Positions 26,805 to 40,259 of a stretch of DNA of 64,000 bases are shown here, one piece after another. The notes beneath the pieces are model-generated. The model did no database searches and was not told where the DNA came from. It worked only from the letters and a program-made list of their open reading frames with translations. This DNA is from Neoconidiobolus thromboides FSU 785 (lineage: Eukaryota > Fungi > Entomophthoromycota). The DNA lies in NCBI GenBank assembly GCA_025603075.1, contig MU626334.1, positions 1 to 64,000 of the forward strand. The letters are read 5' to 3'. The position numbers and the translations under genes are program-made. Within the stretch, counting starts at the first letter, position 1. Every line of letters begins with the position of its first letter.

Positions 26805-28319
26805 CTTTCGATTCCTAAAATTGGAATTGTATTTATTACTAACCGCTCATTACTATTTTATTTATTGAAATTTTATAAAAAATAAAAAGTTATTATTAGA
26901 ATTTATTATTTATCTCACAATCCCAAATTTAGTAATGTTATTTAGTTGCTTTTTATTAAAATTCCAAACCTTTATCCTCAATTTTCTAATAATTTTACCG
27001 CTTAGAAATCAAGAACAATAAATTCTTACTAACTTTTTTAAATTTTGCCAATAAAACTTTTATCCATCTGCTTAATTTATTGCCGTTTTTTTAATGTGAG
27101 AAGAATAATTGGGTAAAATTATAAGAAGAGATAAAAAATGAACTTTTGTCATATAACTTCTAGATCAATCATAGGGTAAATTCAGTCCTTTTAAAACTTT
27201 AACCGAGGTTGAGTATTCTCAATATCCAAGATTATAAATACAATAGCCCGTTTTTGCTATTGATTTTATTGATTTTTAGATTATCCTTATTTAGTTTATA
27301 TTAAGGATAATTGGTCCATTAAAATCATAAGATGTAGTTATATACCATGATTTTGTTTCTTCCATTTGCCAAGAGTATTAGATTCTAAAAAGAAAAAATG
27401 AGCCTTAAAACTATATTAAAAAAGTTAAGCTATAGCTACTATTAGCCTGACAAACACTTGTTCTTGTTTTTAATTTTATAAAGTTAAATGATAATTTTTT
27501 ACCTTTGTTTTTGTAATTATCAATTGAATATATCACTTAATCTAACCCCAAGGCTACTTAAGTGTCAAGAATTGTATATACTTTTATAATAACTTTTAAT
27601 GTTTGATATTATAATAATTAAGGGAGAGTATAATGATTGAGACGACCCCAAAAGTACATAAGAATTAGGATTATTATTTTAGTTTAAATTTTAGTTTGGC
27701 AAGATCTTCCACTACTTCCACCTCATTGCAAATTATAACTTATTTTTTATTTCTTGTTCGGAAAATTTCTATATCTGCTTTCATGTTATTTTATAAAAGT
27801 TATACAATAAAATGTGAAATTAATAGATTGAAACTTAAAAAATAAGTTCTAATTTCAAAACTTTTATTGGTATTCCATGTATAGAAATAATTAAAAAACT
27901 TTAAGCTTTAAAGTCTAGCTGATGTCCTTTACTCTATTTGGTTGAATTTTTAGTTTTATAAATTGTTTTTATAGCGATAAACTTCCAAGTGTTTATTGTC
28001 ACCTTAATAATAAATTAATGGAGAGAAGTCAAAAGAACATCATTTTCTTTTAGGATCAACCTTATACTAACTTATAATTTGATATAAGTTATTAAAAAAG
28101 TATTTAATTTAATAAATAAATTAAGTAGTTTTATTATTATTATGATAAAGTTTATTAAGAGTGACATAAATGTAAAATATTGTATTTTATAATTTAAAAT
28201 GTTTACATTAATTTTTAAATTAAATTACTTACTATCAACTTATTTAAACAACTATAAGTATTAAAATGTTATAAAGGAAACTTATTATAAGTATAAAGGT
28301 TATTATCTCCAGAATTACT

Positions 28320-28426
28320 ATATGAGGATGTTTTTTTGGTTTCATCACTTTTTCCATTTTTTAAGCACTATTTGAGTGGAAAGGTTATTTAGTAAAATTC
28401 TTAAACAAAAAAATACATCCTCATAT
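28320..28426 (+). mobile_element. MITE copy 13, TSD ATAT
   Basis: ATAT-GAGGATG...CATCCTC-ATAT. Confidence 0.9.
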
Positions 28427-28619
28427 TTTAATTAAAACAGTTCAAATAAAATAATGCCACCTATACAAATCAATTTAATAAAGAAGTTCTAAAATTACTA
28501 AATTATTTAAAATTGTTAAAAGTTTGAGTTAAAGCAATGTAAACTATAAAAACTGATTTTATAATCTGTAATTTAATTGTTTAAATATTACTATGCTCTA
28601 TTTTTATATCAAAACTTAT

Positions 28620-28725
28620 ATATGGGGATGTATTTTTGTGTTTAAGAATTTTACTAATAAATTTTCCGCTTAAATAGCGCTTAAAAATGGAAAAAATAAT
28701 GAAGTCAAAAAAAACACTCCCATAT
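28620..28725 (-). mobile_element. MITE copy 14, TSD ATAT
   Basis: ATAT-GGGGATGTATTTTT...AAACACTCCC-ATAT; core 98 bp. Confidence 0.92.
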
Positions 28726-28952
28726 ATTATTTAGTTTTATATAATCTATTTTTTGTTATGCTTTGTATCTATAATTTTTTGATTATCAGCTTTATCCAGA
28801 ATTATAATGCTATATATTATTTTTTTTACCTAAAAATATCTTATTATATTGCATAATTAAACTTTAAATATTGTATACATCCCTAGTTTCTTATTATAGA
28901 ATAACTAGGCTTTAAGCACTGAATTTTATATTGCAGTTACTAAAACAACTTT

Positions 28953-29050
28953 ATATGGGGATGTTTTTTTAGTTTCATTACTTTTTCCATTTTTCAAGCG
29001 CTATTTGAGTGGAAAAATTGTTAGTAAAATTCTTAAACATAAAGATATAT
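28953..29050 (+). mobile_element. MITE copy 15 (right end degenerate)
   Basis: Family match up to ...CTTAAACATAAAGATA. Confidence 0.85.
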
Positions 29051-29939
29051 ATGCATACCTTTTAAATAGTTATAAAAATTTATATCAACATGATGCTTTG
29101 AATTTTAAATAACTTTAAATAATATATTTAAAATTATACAACTAAAAAATATTAAATTAAAATATAAAATTTTAAGTAATAAAAAGTTTATTTTTTTATC
29201 ATGTTCATATATATAATTTTTAAAAGAGCTTTCAAAAAAAAGTTTTATTCAAGAAAAATACAAAAAGACTTAAGCTTTTGATGTTATAATTTTTTAAATA
29301 TTTATTAAAAAAATTTTGCTGTATTAATCTAGTAGCATCTATTTTAAATAGGGGCTTTAATTAAAATTACCAAGTTGACAATATATATTTTTAGATAAGA
29401 ATTCAGTAATATTAAAGTCAATTTATAAGATTTGTTAATACTAATTGATTTTATTACTGACAAATCACAACAAATATATGTCTGCATTTCAACTCTTATA
29501 ATACAGCTAATTAGTTGTCCCAATTAGCATAATCATAATAAGCCTAATCTAAAACTTTATTTATTTTACTTTTAATAGGTAGATGGAACAGTTATTAGTA
29601 AATTAATTAATTTTTGATTTTTTTAAACTCATTTTTTTAACCAATCATATTTTAACTCCATTTAATTAATTTTAATTTTAATTAAATTCTATTATTTATT
29701 CTAGATATTCTAATTCATTATTTGATTATTGTTTTAGCTTTTAATAGATACTCTTTTCTTTGAGCTATTAAATAGTATATTTTAAGTAATAAATTACTTC
29801 TCAAAAATTAAAGCGAACACATTAAAAAGTTTATTAATTTTCTAATTTAGTATAAAAAAATAGAATTAAAAGATAGAACTAATAATAAAAAAGATAATTT
29901 ATATAATATAAATAAAAAATTAAGATAAAATATTTGACT

Positions 29940-30665
29940 TCAATTAGTTCTAAACGATAAAATGGAACGTACATCATTAGTAAATCTTAAAGCATCTAAA
30001 AAGGGTAATAAATCTAATAAAGCTTGATCATGAGCGTCCTGATTATACCACGATTGTATTACAACTGAATTATTAGGATGTTTTTCAAATGCTCTTGGTG
30101 AGTTATCAATTAATAATACTTGTGATAAATCCGATTCTATTAAACTTAAATCTTTTATATATCCTTTATCTTCGTGTGCTATACAAGACTATATAATAGA
30201 ATAAATTATTATGATTGGCATTTCTCTTTTCTTGTAGATTAAAAATTACTAATTACTTACTTCTCTATATAATCGAACTTTAATTAAACTATGATCTGGA
30301 TCTAAAAGGTCGATTACCGCGTTGGCATATTCTGACATTGAGGCGGTAAATATAGCTAATTTATACCATTCCCCCACTTTATTTAAGAAATATTCTACAT
30401 GGGGTCTTTTATAAACATAATAAAGAGCTGCATGTTTATCCATTAATACTTCAACCATATGATCACAATTTTTAGAACCTTTAGACGTTGAATGAATTAA
30501 TGTTTCATCTAAATCTAATACTAGCCATTTTTTTTCTAATTTAGGTTTTAAACCTTTACTTAATTTGAAGATTGGATTGGGTAAGATACCGATTTTATCT
30601 AATAGTCGTTTCCATTGATCTTTAGCCTTGGTACCTGTTGATCGTTCAGTTTCTAATTTTAACAT
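29940..30665 (-). CDS. NEM1: Nem1/CTDNEP1-like HAD (FCP1/NIF) phosphatase; exons 30665-30261, 30188-29940
   Basis: [62 protein letters not shown]. Confidence 0.82.
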
Positions 30666-31968
30666 GTTGAATTGAAATTATTGAAAAACAGTTAATTTTA
30701 TTTACTTTTAATTAAATTTAATCACTTTAGAAAATAAACGTGACCAACCAATCAAACTTTTCAATTTATAGCCTAAACCCTATTTGTTTAATTGCTTGTT
30801 TTTTAGTAATTAAACCCAATTTACTTAGTTGGGATGAAATGGATTTGCCCAATATTTAACTCGGAATTCAATAATAGTTTAGAAACTTAGTACATGTTAA
30901 ATAGAATTAATAACTATTGGTTTTATTATTATTAATGTATAAATATATGCTATGTTTTTATGATGAGCTACTGATAGATGGCATCTATCTTTATATATCT
31001 GTATAGTAGAGTTACAATCTTCACTTATTTGTATATCGAACTTTTTTCTATTTTGTTAATTAGCTTTTAGTAAAAAAAGTATGTTATAATTTATTTTGAA
31101 ATAATTTTAAATTAAGTTAATTAATAAAATACAATTTTACTTTTATTTTAAAATTGCTCTTAAATAGAATAAATATTTTTCAAAGGTTAACCTCAATAAC
31201 AAGTGCGCGTGGTAATGTTTAAACTATAAACTAAATGAATATCAAACAATAAAAGTATAAATTTTTTAATATAATCATTATGCTTGATCTTTCAATATTA
31301 AATGCTTTTAGATTTTAAATGGGATGAATCATAAACTCATAAATAAAATAAAACCTCTTAATTTTTTTAGCATTAATTTATTACAAATAATAGTTTCGGT
31401 ATTTGGTGTATCAATTTAAATGCCATTATTATAAAAGCATTTATTTTCATTTATCATATCAAGTTAACTACAATTGATATGTGACTACTATCTTTGTATT
31501 ACTGATTAAACTAGTATATTGTACATTATAACAGATTGTATGGCATTTATTACTTCTGTTTACAAAATAAAACTTTATTAAGCAATTTATCACATTTAAA
31601 TGATTTGAATATTTCGGATTTATGCCATAAATCAAATTTAGTTTTATTATCAACTATTGCAATTGTTGCAACTCACATTAATTTTTTTAGTGCTAATTTT
31701 TATAACCAATATGTTAGTTTTATTAGTTTTTTGAACCTCAATTTATAAATTTTGGTCAATTTGAGTAGATTTTTCTTCTTAAATAAAAGGTTAAATAGTT
31801 CATAAAAGAGCTATGAAAGTTGTATAGGGCATAAAAATCAAATCCATTTGTTTCATGCACTGACTTTTTTAAAGGCGACTTTTGTCTCAATATATAATAA
31901 AGAAAGTATATAAAGAGCCAAACCAATACTGAAAATAGAAACAAGTCAATCAAAAATCAAAATCAATT

Positions 31969-32946
31969 ATGATATTATCAACTAAAAAAATATTCAATTA
32001 TTTTGAAAATCCACCCAGTGGGGATCTTGCGGTAGCTAAATTAAATGTGTTAAAAGCAATTTTACGTCGAGAAACGGAAGAACCTATAACTTTAGAAGAA
32101 TATATACGATTTGTAAAACATATATTAAAGAGTCCTGAGTATATCAATTTTTTAGAATGGTATACTCATTATCAAGAAAAATTTGAACGCTTGCCATTAA
32201 GTGAAAAAAAAAAGGTTCCTCTTCCTCCCACTGTTCAAGTAGGAGATAATTCGGTCCAATATAGTTTTGAAAAAAAAGAAATTAGTGAATCAAGCTCCGC
32301 TTCAAGTACAGATGTAGATGTAACCCAAATGCCACTAACTAATGAAATTGAATACTTTAAAAGGGAGTTTTTAAATTATGAATCTGAAAATGGATTAAAT
32401 ATTAATTCTTTGATTAAAAGAAAAGTATTAACTAATTTAAGTCAAACTACTCATCCAGAAGCTTTACGTGAGTTAGAAGATGAAATTTTAAAAGAATTGA
32501 GTTTAAATTCGATCGATAGATTTTTAAAATATTCCGTTTATAGTGTTAATTATGGGCGTGCTTATTTTGTTATATTATTTAACCATATATTCTTTCTTTG
32601 TATTGGTATCGCTTTAATGTTCGTTTTATTTTACTGTATTTATGGAGAAGATAGATTATTTAAATCTTATTATGATACAAACTATTGGTATCGTATTATA
32701 CCCATGTATTTCTTGAACATGGGGCTATTTGGTTTATTTTTTTTAAATATGAGAATTTGTCCAGTAATGTATGCTTCTCGTATTAAAATGGTACCTCAAG
32801 ATAAGACCCCTATCTTATATAATCGTATCTTTGGTAAAGTAGAAGATCCTCTTGTAATTAGAATGCAATGGAAATTATTATTGAAATTAATCATTGGGTC
32901 CTTCGTTGTTTCAATGATTATTAATACTATATTTTTCATGATTTAA
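31969..32946 (+). CDS. Uncharacterised 325-aa protein with ~3 hydrophobic (putative TM) segments in the C-terminal third
   Basis: Single open ORF; a decayed paralogue at 34.3-35.4 kb supports that it is coding. Confidence 0.75.
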   Translation: MILSTKKIFNYFENPPSGDLAVAKLNVLKAILRRETEEPITLEEYIRFVKHILKSPEYINFLEWYTHYQEKFERLPLSEKKKVPLPPTVQVGDNSVQYSFEKKEISESSSASSTDVDVTQMPLTNEIEYFKREFLNYESENGLNINSLIKRKVLTNLSQTTHPEALRELEDEILKELSLNSIDRFLKYSVYSVNYGRAYFVILFNHIFFLCIGIALMFVLFYCIYGEDRLFKSYYDTNYWYRIIPMYFLNMGLFGLFFLNMRICPVMYASRIKMVPQDKTPILYNRIFGKVEDPLVIRMQWKLLLKLIIGSFVVSMIINTIFFMI

Positions 32947-34977
32947 AGCAAGCCATCAGTGTACCTTTAAGCATGTCTTATTCTAATCTTACATCATTTA
33001 AAATAATTTACTATTTATTATTATCTTTATAAATAAACTTAATACTATAAATTTATACTATTTTATAATATTTTTTCTCATTGTTTTAATATTAAGACTA
33101 ATATTGTAGTTTTATGCGAATCAATTGTTCTTATAGTGTAAACTCGCAGTATAGTTTAATTTTAGAGAACATCTTACAATCAAATGTATTTTATTGTTTA
33201 TAATTTGTAGTTAACTTTATTTAATATGAATTTAGCGATCTAAAAAAGCCATAGTTCTTAAAATCATATTAAAAACAGCAAAGGACGTCTAGTTACAAGC
33301 TGTCCTATGTATGACCTTATTGTTCGAATTAAAAGCCTTGACGGAGTTTGTTTTATTTAATCCAAGACTGAAAGTATTAAATTAATTTTTATTTAGTTTT
33401 TTCTTAGTTTATTAAATAAGTGAGTAAGTTTAAAAGCTTAGTTGAAATCAAAAATAAACTTTTTTATCTTTTTTTTGACCATTTACTATGTAGAATAAAT
33501 TCTGAAATGTTTTTTTAACTCTGAGTACTGAATCTTTCAAATTTTAATGTTTGGGTGAGCCATGGTGTCAAAGTTATTTCATGTCAATTGGATCAACATC
33601 TTTCTGAAATTCAATATTCAAAGGGTCAATTTGATTTAAACCATGCAAGTAGAGTTCGTTATGGTTCTATCTTGATTTAAAATTATATATGAACAGAGTT
33701 CGCTCATAGTATTCAAGTGCTTAAATAAATACTAGAGAGAAAAACGTCCTAACAGGTTATAAAATTAAGCAAAAAAGTAATTTTTTTGTAGCACTTAGTG
33801 CTTAGTTCGGAATTTTTGCTAAAAATCTAAAAAAATTGAACTATTTTTAAACTAACTTCCATATTATTAATAATAGTAATAATCGGATTTGATATTTTCG
33901 TTTTATCCTTTCTCATCTGTTTTTGAATATTAAAAAACACCTCAATATACAAGTTAGGATACTTTTTTTTATTAGAGGGTAGAGTTGTTGCAGCTTTTTT
34001 GCGACTTAATTAATCGTTGATTTAAGAGTAAGATACAAATAAAATCAGATTAAACTTAAAAATTATATATCAAAAAAATTTACAAGACGATGATTGACTC
34101 TAATAATTAATACAACCTGGGTTGTAATAGGATTGTAACAACTGAAGTCACAGTTTCAATATTTGAGTTTTATTAAATACAAGCAGTTTATTTTGAAAAT
34201 AAACTCAAAAAATTATGCTAAAATCCAAATAGATGACTTGAATCATAAATTTTCATACATGAGGTTTTATTTGATGGAATGTTGATATTTTTTACACTTA
34301 CACATTTTATTAAATTTCAAATAATATAAATAAACTAAATGATGGGATTATCTACTTTTTTTATTCCATGAAGTTTGATAATTTTATTACTCGATTTATT
34401 AAACCCAATCTGACAGATGACATGTATATATTAAATAGTTAACTATTATGTTCCACTTTATTGAGATAAATACTCTCCAATCATCTTTGACAAATATTCT
34501 CACTATGTAACACGCATTTTAAAGCTGCCGCATTATATCAAATTTCCATAATAGTACACCAAGTATCAAATAAAATTTGAGCAGCTATCGTCTAGGCAAT
34601 AAAAATGATATTGTTCACCCAAAGGAATTGATATTGAAAAAAAAATCATAAATATACCATGGGTAGGGATCAATGCATAAAAAATGGAACAATCTATCAT
34701 CTTGTTAAAGAGCCTTTTTTATTACTTTTACATTACAATATTGAATACTTTAAATTATTATTTTTTGATAAAGGCTCTGAATGTTTACTTAACACTGATC
34801 CAAAGTTAAAACGTAAAATAGCGAGTTTATTATGTTTTAAAAAACGTCTAGAAGCTTTAAGAGAGTTGGAACAAGCTGTATTAAAGGAACTGAGTTTAAT
34901 AGCGATTAAATCCTTTTTAAATTACTCATGTCATAATGCTAATTGCGGGCTTATCTATTTAATTTTATCGTTTAACT

Positions 34978-35083
34978 ATATGGGGATGTATTTTTGTGTT
35001 TAAGAATTTTACTAACAATCTTTCTACTTAAATAGCGCTTAAAAAATGGAAAAGTAATGAAATCAAAAAAAACATCCCCATAT
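34978..35083 (-). mobile_element. MITE copy 16, TSD ATAT
   Basis: Removing it plus one ATAT gives TTT AAC TAT ATG TTG ATG (FNYMLM), joining ORFs 34659 and 35082 in frame. Confidence 0.95.
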
Positions 35084-35339
35084 GTTGATGTTAACCTTTG
35101 AGGTAGTATTTTTATTATGTCTATTATTTATAGTTTATGAACATCCGTTTTTCCTACCTTATTATGAGCCTAGCTATTTGTATCGAATTATGCCTATTTA
35201 TTTAGCCAATCTTAGTATGTTTGATATTATTACTTCAAATAACAAGTTTTGTCCAATATTATATATTACTAATTATAGGCTATATCAAAAAGTAATAAAT
35301 CACTGGCATATAATTATAAACTTGGAAAAGTAATAGATG

Positions 35340-35375
35340 ATATGGCAGTGTTTTTTTTGACTTCATCACTTTTTC
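35340..35375 (+). mobile_element. MITE fragment (one terminus)
   Basis: ATAT-GGCAGTGTTTTTTTTGACTTCATCACTTTTTC. Confidence 0.75.
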
Positions 35376-35934
35376 TAATTATTTTTTTGTTTTAAATATT
35401 AAAGAGCTACTGACATCAAAGTTATTGAGTTCAATCTTTCTGAGCTTAACTAAACTCAGTTCATTATAGTTTTTAGATAATATGACGTTTAATAAAATAA
35501 CTAGTATCCTTTTTATCCTAAAGTATTCTTAGCTCTATTAACTTATGACGATTTACTATAAATTTCATTGAACTTTAAATATCAGTAATAAAAGCAACAG
35601 CATTAATTAATATTAGTTGAAAGGATAGTAATAAAAATGATGAGTAAACAAATTATTGATCTATTGCTTTGGTTAATATCCTTTTGCTATTTCAAAAAAA
35701 ATTCAACTAGCCAATCCATCTTCAGTTAATGATTATTGAAAGTTAAAATTGAAGCTTAATTAAAATTAAGCTAATATAGGAGCGTGAGTAGAGCTATGAT
35801 TATAAACAAAGTTTAGCTTTAAGGCTTTCATTAACAATAGTTAAAAGCAATTAAGTGCTTGAATTTTATATATTTGATAATTTTATTTTATTATATTTAA
35901 TCTTAAAGTTCAATTTCCAAGCATTTGATATACA

Positions 35935-36020
35935 GGGGTGTTTTTTTAAGATTTTTATTAATAAATTGTCCAGATTCATTGCATAAAAAATCAGAAAATT
36001 AAACTAAAATGAAATCTCTA
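35935..36020 (-). mobile_element. Highly degenerate MITE copy
   Basis: GGGGTGTTTTTTTAAGATTTTTATTAATAAATTGTCC resembles the orientation-B consensus. Confidence 0.45.
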
Positions 36021-36309
36021 TATTAACTAGGATGTTTTAATCTAGTTATTATTTTTCTAATTGATTTTTCAATAGTAATTCTTTACCATATAGAAATAAA
36101 TTGTTTTGTTAAGAGACTTATCTGATATTATAAATTTAATATTTAAAAAGTAAATAAAAAAGAAAGTTGAAAAGACATTTCATTTAATTTTTCAAACAGT
36201 TGAAATACTCAATCGGATATTTTTACATGACAGAAGAGGCAAAGTCCATTAGTTAAGCACCAACTTTTAGTATAGCAAACGTTATTCTTTATTATTATTA
36301 TTATTATTA

Positions 36310-37950
36310 TTATAATGCAATTATATTAACATTATCATCACTTTGTAGTTCAGCATTATTGACTGGCTTGATAGGAATTCTACGATCTGAAAGTGGGCCA
36401 AAAATCGCTTCAATTTGATGTTTGCTTTTACTTAGTAGCTAAAATAATTTAATTAAATATTTAATTGGTGATATTACCTATTTACGTTTACCTCTGCTTG
36501 AGTACAATGTTTAAGTTCATTGAATTGCTTATTTAGTAAGCTAGATAAATTTGTCTGTGATCTATCATGTTCTTTTTTAACTCGTTTGATATCTTCAATG
36601 TCTTTTTTATATTTTATCTAATAAAAAATGTAATTACTTTTACTTCCTTTTGTGCTAGTTAATTTCTTACCAAAAACTCATCCAATTTTACCTTATTAGC
36701 TGGTAGTTTAATTTCTTTAATATCCTCTATTTAAATTCAATAGGCATAAAATTATTATTATAGTTGTTAAACTATCTTACTTTGAATTCGACTACATGGA
36801 ATTGGGTCAAATATTTCAGCTACCATGTCATGGTTCCTTTTATATCTCTGAGTAGCAACATCTTTTATATTTACTAAATCAAGATCATCTAATTTAAAAT
36901 AAATTAAGTAAACAAACAAACAAAAAAAATTTCCATTCACCTCCATAAATAACCTTTAAATTAGGTTGGATAGCAGCCAACTGTTGAGCGTGAGACATAG
37001 CAGGATCATTAGGGTTTCTGTTCTGCAAAAATTCATAAGCCAAAACTCATTAGAACCAAAGAATAACTCTTACCATTTTATTCATATTATCCATTGGATT
37101 CATAGAAATTCTATCTGACAAATAATTATTTCTTTTAATTTTATATGGGTTATTTTTAATTTCTCCTCCTTTTAACAAATTATTCTTTAAATGCTGTACA
37201 TTTTGAAGGTTATTTTGATAAGGCATAATAGGTGCTAAATTCGATCCAGGTTTTAAATTTCTAGCTGCTAGCATAGGATTATAACTTTGATACATCGCTG
37301 CTTTATCCATAAAATTGGTACTAGCTAATTAAAACGTTAAGCAAATGCTAAAGTTTGGTTTAATGAATTAAATTGATTACCGTCCGAGTTATGGGATAAA
37401 TAATGAAACAATTGTAATTGAACTTCTTTTTTATTATCTAAAACAAATCGTCTGCGTATCATACTACTATCACTTCTTCCTGGTAAACAACCTTCTTTTT
37501 TTTCATATATAAGTAACTCCTTGATTAATGTTTTAATAAGCTAATTTCATTAATAATATTTTTTACTTTGCCATCTGGTAAATTAATAGAAGTACGTTTT
37601 TCTTGATCTCTCCACTCAATACTAAATTGACAATTTACTTAGTTACTAAAAATGATCAAATATAAATAATCTTTACCCATCTGGTGGTGAAGGGTTTAAA
37701 TTAACAGGCATAAACATGAGAAAACATTGGCCATCTAAAATGATTAATCATCTGTTTTAAATTACAATGATAATTGTTGAAATTTACCGTTAGGAGTAGT
37801 AAGTTCTTTCCAAGCAAAAGCCAATTTTTCAGCTACGCCTGAAGCTTTATTTAAAGTATCACAAGCACTTTGATAAACCATTTTTTGTCGGATTATTGGA
37901 TAATTGATATCCGCTACTAAATACATTCTTAATACTTGGGGATTACTCAT
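36310..37950 (-). CDS. SSR4: SWI/SNF-RSC subunit Ssr4-like protein, multi-exon
   Basis: IPDGQCFLMFMP...PPDG, SMIRRRFVL, QLFHYL, N/Q/M-rich linker, and DDLDLVNIKDVATQRYKRNHDMVAEIF, recalled as the Ssr4 C-terminal motif. Confidence 0.72.
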
Positions 37951-38820
37951 GATTTAAAAGTTTTGATGTTGAATAGTTTTTTTTCAAAAAAAAACTAAAT
38001 CTTAATTTGTTTTTTTGGGTTCTTGAATATTTTTATTGCAAAAATAAACTTTTGTTCACTTTATCGATTTTTTTAGGATTAAAAATTAAAAATAATAGAT
38101 AAGTAATAATTTAAACTTAGTTTTTAGTTTATTAAACGTTGATAAATAAATGAAGTTTCGAAACTATTCAATTTTAAAGAACACTATTAAAAACACTGAA
38201 TGATATCAATTCAGCTTTTAAATCGGATGTAGCTTACTTTTTTTTAGCATTATCTAAGCTGAGACCAACATCCACTTGTTTTCCATAAATATTGTGTTTA
38301 TGGAGCTTTTCAAACTCCAGTATATGCTTGATGGCAATCTCGTTTTCATGAAACCTTATAAAACAATAATACCCATATTGATTTCTTTTTGGGTTAAATT
38401 TTTTCTAATAATAATTAGTTAATAGTTAATTTTTTGATTATAGTTCAATTACTAATGGTTTGATATGAGCGATTTCACCAAATTGAGAAAAGTAATCCTT
38501 TAATAGATTGGGTTCTATATAGTCATATTAATTGATTGTTTCCTGTTACTGTCATTAAACTTTACCTTGATATAAATATTTACTCAATCGACCCACGAAT
38601 AACTTTGACATAAAATAAAAAAAGTGAAAAAAGTGCTTCTAAAAAAAGTTGCAAAATTCTTTATCTCATAAATTCAAACAAATTCCTCCCATCAACGTCA
38701 CCTGAAAATAAGATAACTTAAAATTCAAATCTAACTAAGGAATTAAATACCATAAATTATGAAAATGGAATTGACTTTGATTACCTTTTTATACCTTTAC
38801 TTTTTAAGTTATAAAATAAA

Positions 38821-39943
38821 ATGTTACCTATTCTTAAGACTCAACTTCAACCAAGTTTAAAAACCAATTTCACTAAAACATTACTTCGTTGTTTAAGCAG
38901 CCAAACTCAAGACATCAAAAAAGTCGTTGTAATTGGAGCTGGCTTAATGGGTAGTGGTATTGTACAAGTATCTAGTCAAAGTGGCTATAAAGTGGTTATG
39001 GTAGATCAAAGCTCAGATGCCTTAAAGAAAGGAGAAGGGATAATTCGAGGGTCCTTAGCCAGAGTAGCTAAAAAAAAGTATACTGAAGAATCGGAACAAA
39101 AAGCATTTATTGAAAAAGTGAGCACCAATTACAGCGTATCTAATGATTTGACAAGTTCCTTAAAAGACAGTGATTTAGTTATTGAAGCTATTGTTGAAAA
39201 TTTAGAAGTGAAACAAAAGTTGTTTAAATTATTAGATGAAAATAGTCCACAAAATACTATCTTTTGTTCCAATACTTCTTCTTTACCAATCAATCAAATC
39301 TCTCAGTTAGTTAATAGGAAAGATAGATTTGCTGGTTTACATTTTTTTAATCCAGTACCACAAATGAAATTAGTCGAAGTGATTTCGGGTGAAAACACTA
39401 GTAAAGAGGTAATTCAAAATCTTACCAATTATTGTAAAGCTATTGGTAAAACCCCTATTCAATGCAAAGATACTCCTGGGTAAGTTTAATTTATTATTAG
39501 TATATTTTAGTAATTTTAATGATTTTACTGCTAGATTTATTGTCAACCGTCTCCTTGTACCTTATATGCTCGAAGCTGTTAGATTACATGAAAGAGGAGA
39601 TGCTACCATTGAAGATATTGATATCGGTATGAAACTAGGTGCAGGATATCCAATGGGGCCTTTTGAATTAATGGATGTAAGTAATTAGTTATAATATTAT
39701 ATAATAATATGATAAGACAATACAATAATATTAATAGCTTTATAATAATATATTAATATTATACTATTTTAGTACGTTGGATTAGACACTTTACAATTTA
39801 TTACTAAACAATGGTATGATTCTAATCCCCATTTACAAGGAGATAAATTAATTACTCCAAGTGAAACGATCCAAAAATTAGTCAGCGAAGGCAATCTTGG
39901 TCGTAAATCTGGTAAAGGTTTTTATGATTATTCCAAAAAATAA
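38821..39943 (+). CDS. HADH: Mitochondrial 3-hydroxyacyl-CoA dehydrogenase; introns 39480-39534, 39677-39772
   Basis: [71 protein letters not shown]. Confidence 0.96.
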
Positions 39944-40152
39944 ATTTGATATATGAGCATATGTATTATAAAGTAGATTTTACATTTATTCATATTTATA
40001 ATTTAAGATTATTTTAATTGAAAGTTGGATTTGCATTAATCCATAGATGATGACGTAAAGACAAGGTTCTATTTTAACTATATGAGTGATAATCTAGCCA
40101 ACATTAAGTAGAATATAATATAATATTCAATAACGAACTATAATATAATAAT

Positions 40153-40259
40153 AAATTGGGATGTATTTTTGTGTTTAAGAGCTTTACTACCAAATTTTCC
40201 TCTCAAATAGCGCTTAAAAAATGGAAAAAATAATGAAGTCAAAAAAAACATTCCCAAAT
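40153..40259 (-). mobile_element. MITE copy 17, TSD AAAT
   Basis: AAAT-TGGGATGTATTTT...CATTCCC-AAAT; non-palindromic direct repeat. Confidence 0.9.

Larger units (their letters stand above)
34340..35390 (+). pseudogene. Pseudogene paralogue of 31969-32946, hit by two MITE insertions
   Basis: FDKYSHYVTRILKLPHYIKFP**YTKYQIKFEQL vs LEEYIRFVKHILKSPEYINFLEWYTHYQEKFERL; EALRELEQAVLKELSL vs EALRELEDEILKELSL; YRIMPIY vs YRIIPMY; ends approximate. Confidence 0.85.

Noticed and set aside
31468-31748. Overlapping 61-70-aa ORFs
   Set aside because: No motifs; expected by chance in AT-rich DNA
31200-31953. Minus-strand hydrophobic ORF resembling a P450 N-terminal anchor, with a later LPRALVIEVNL fragment
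   Set aside because: TTG start only, 16 bp from the neighbouring ATG, many stops, no ExxR or heme motif; probably the antisense of an A-rich leader
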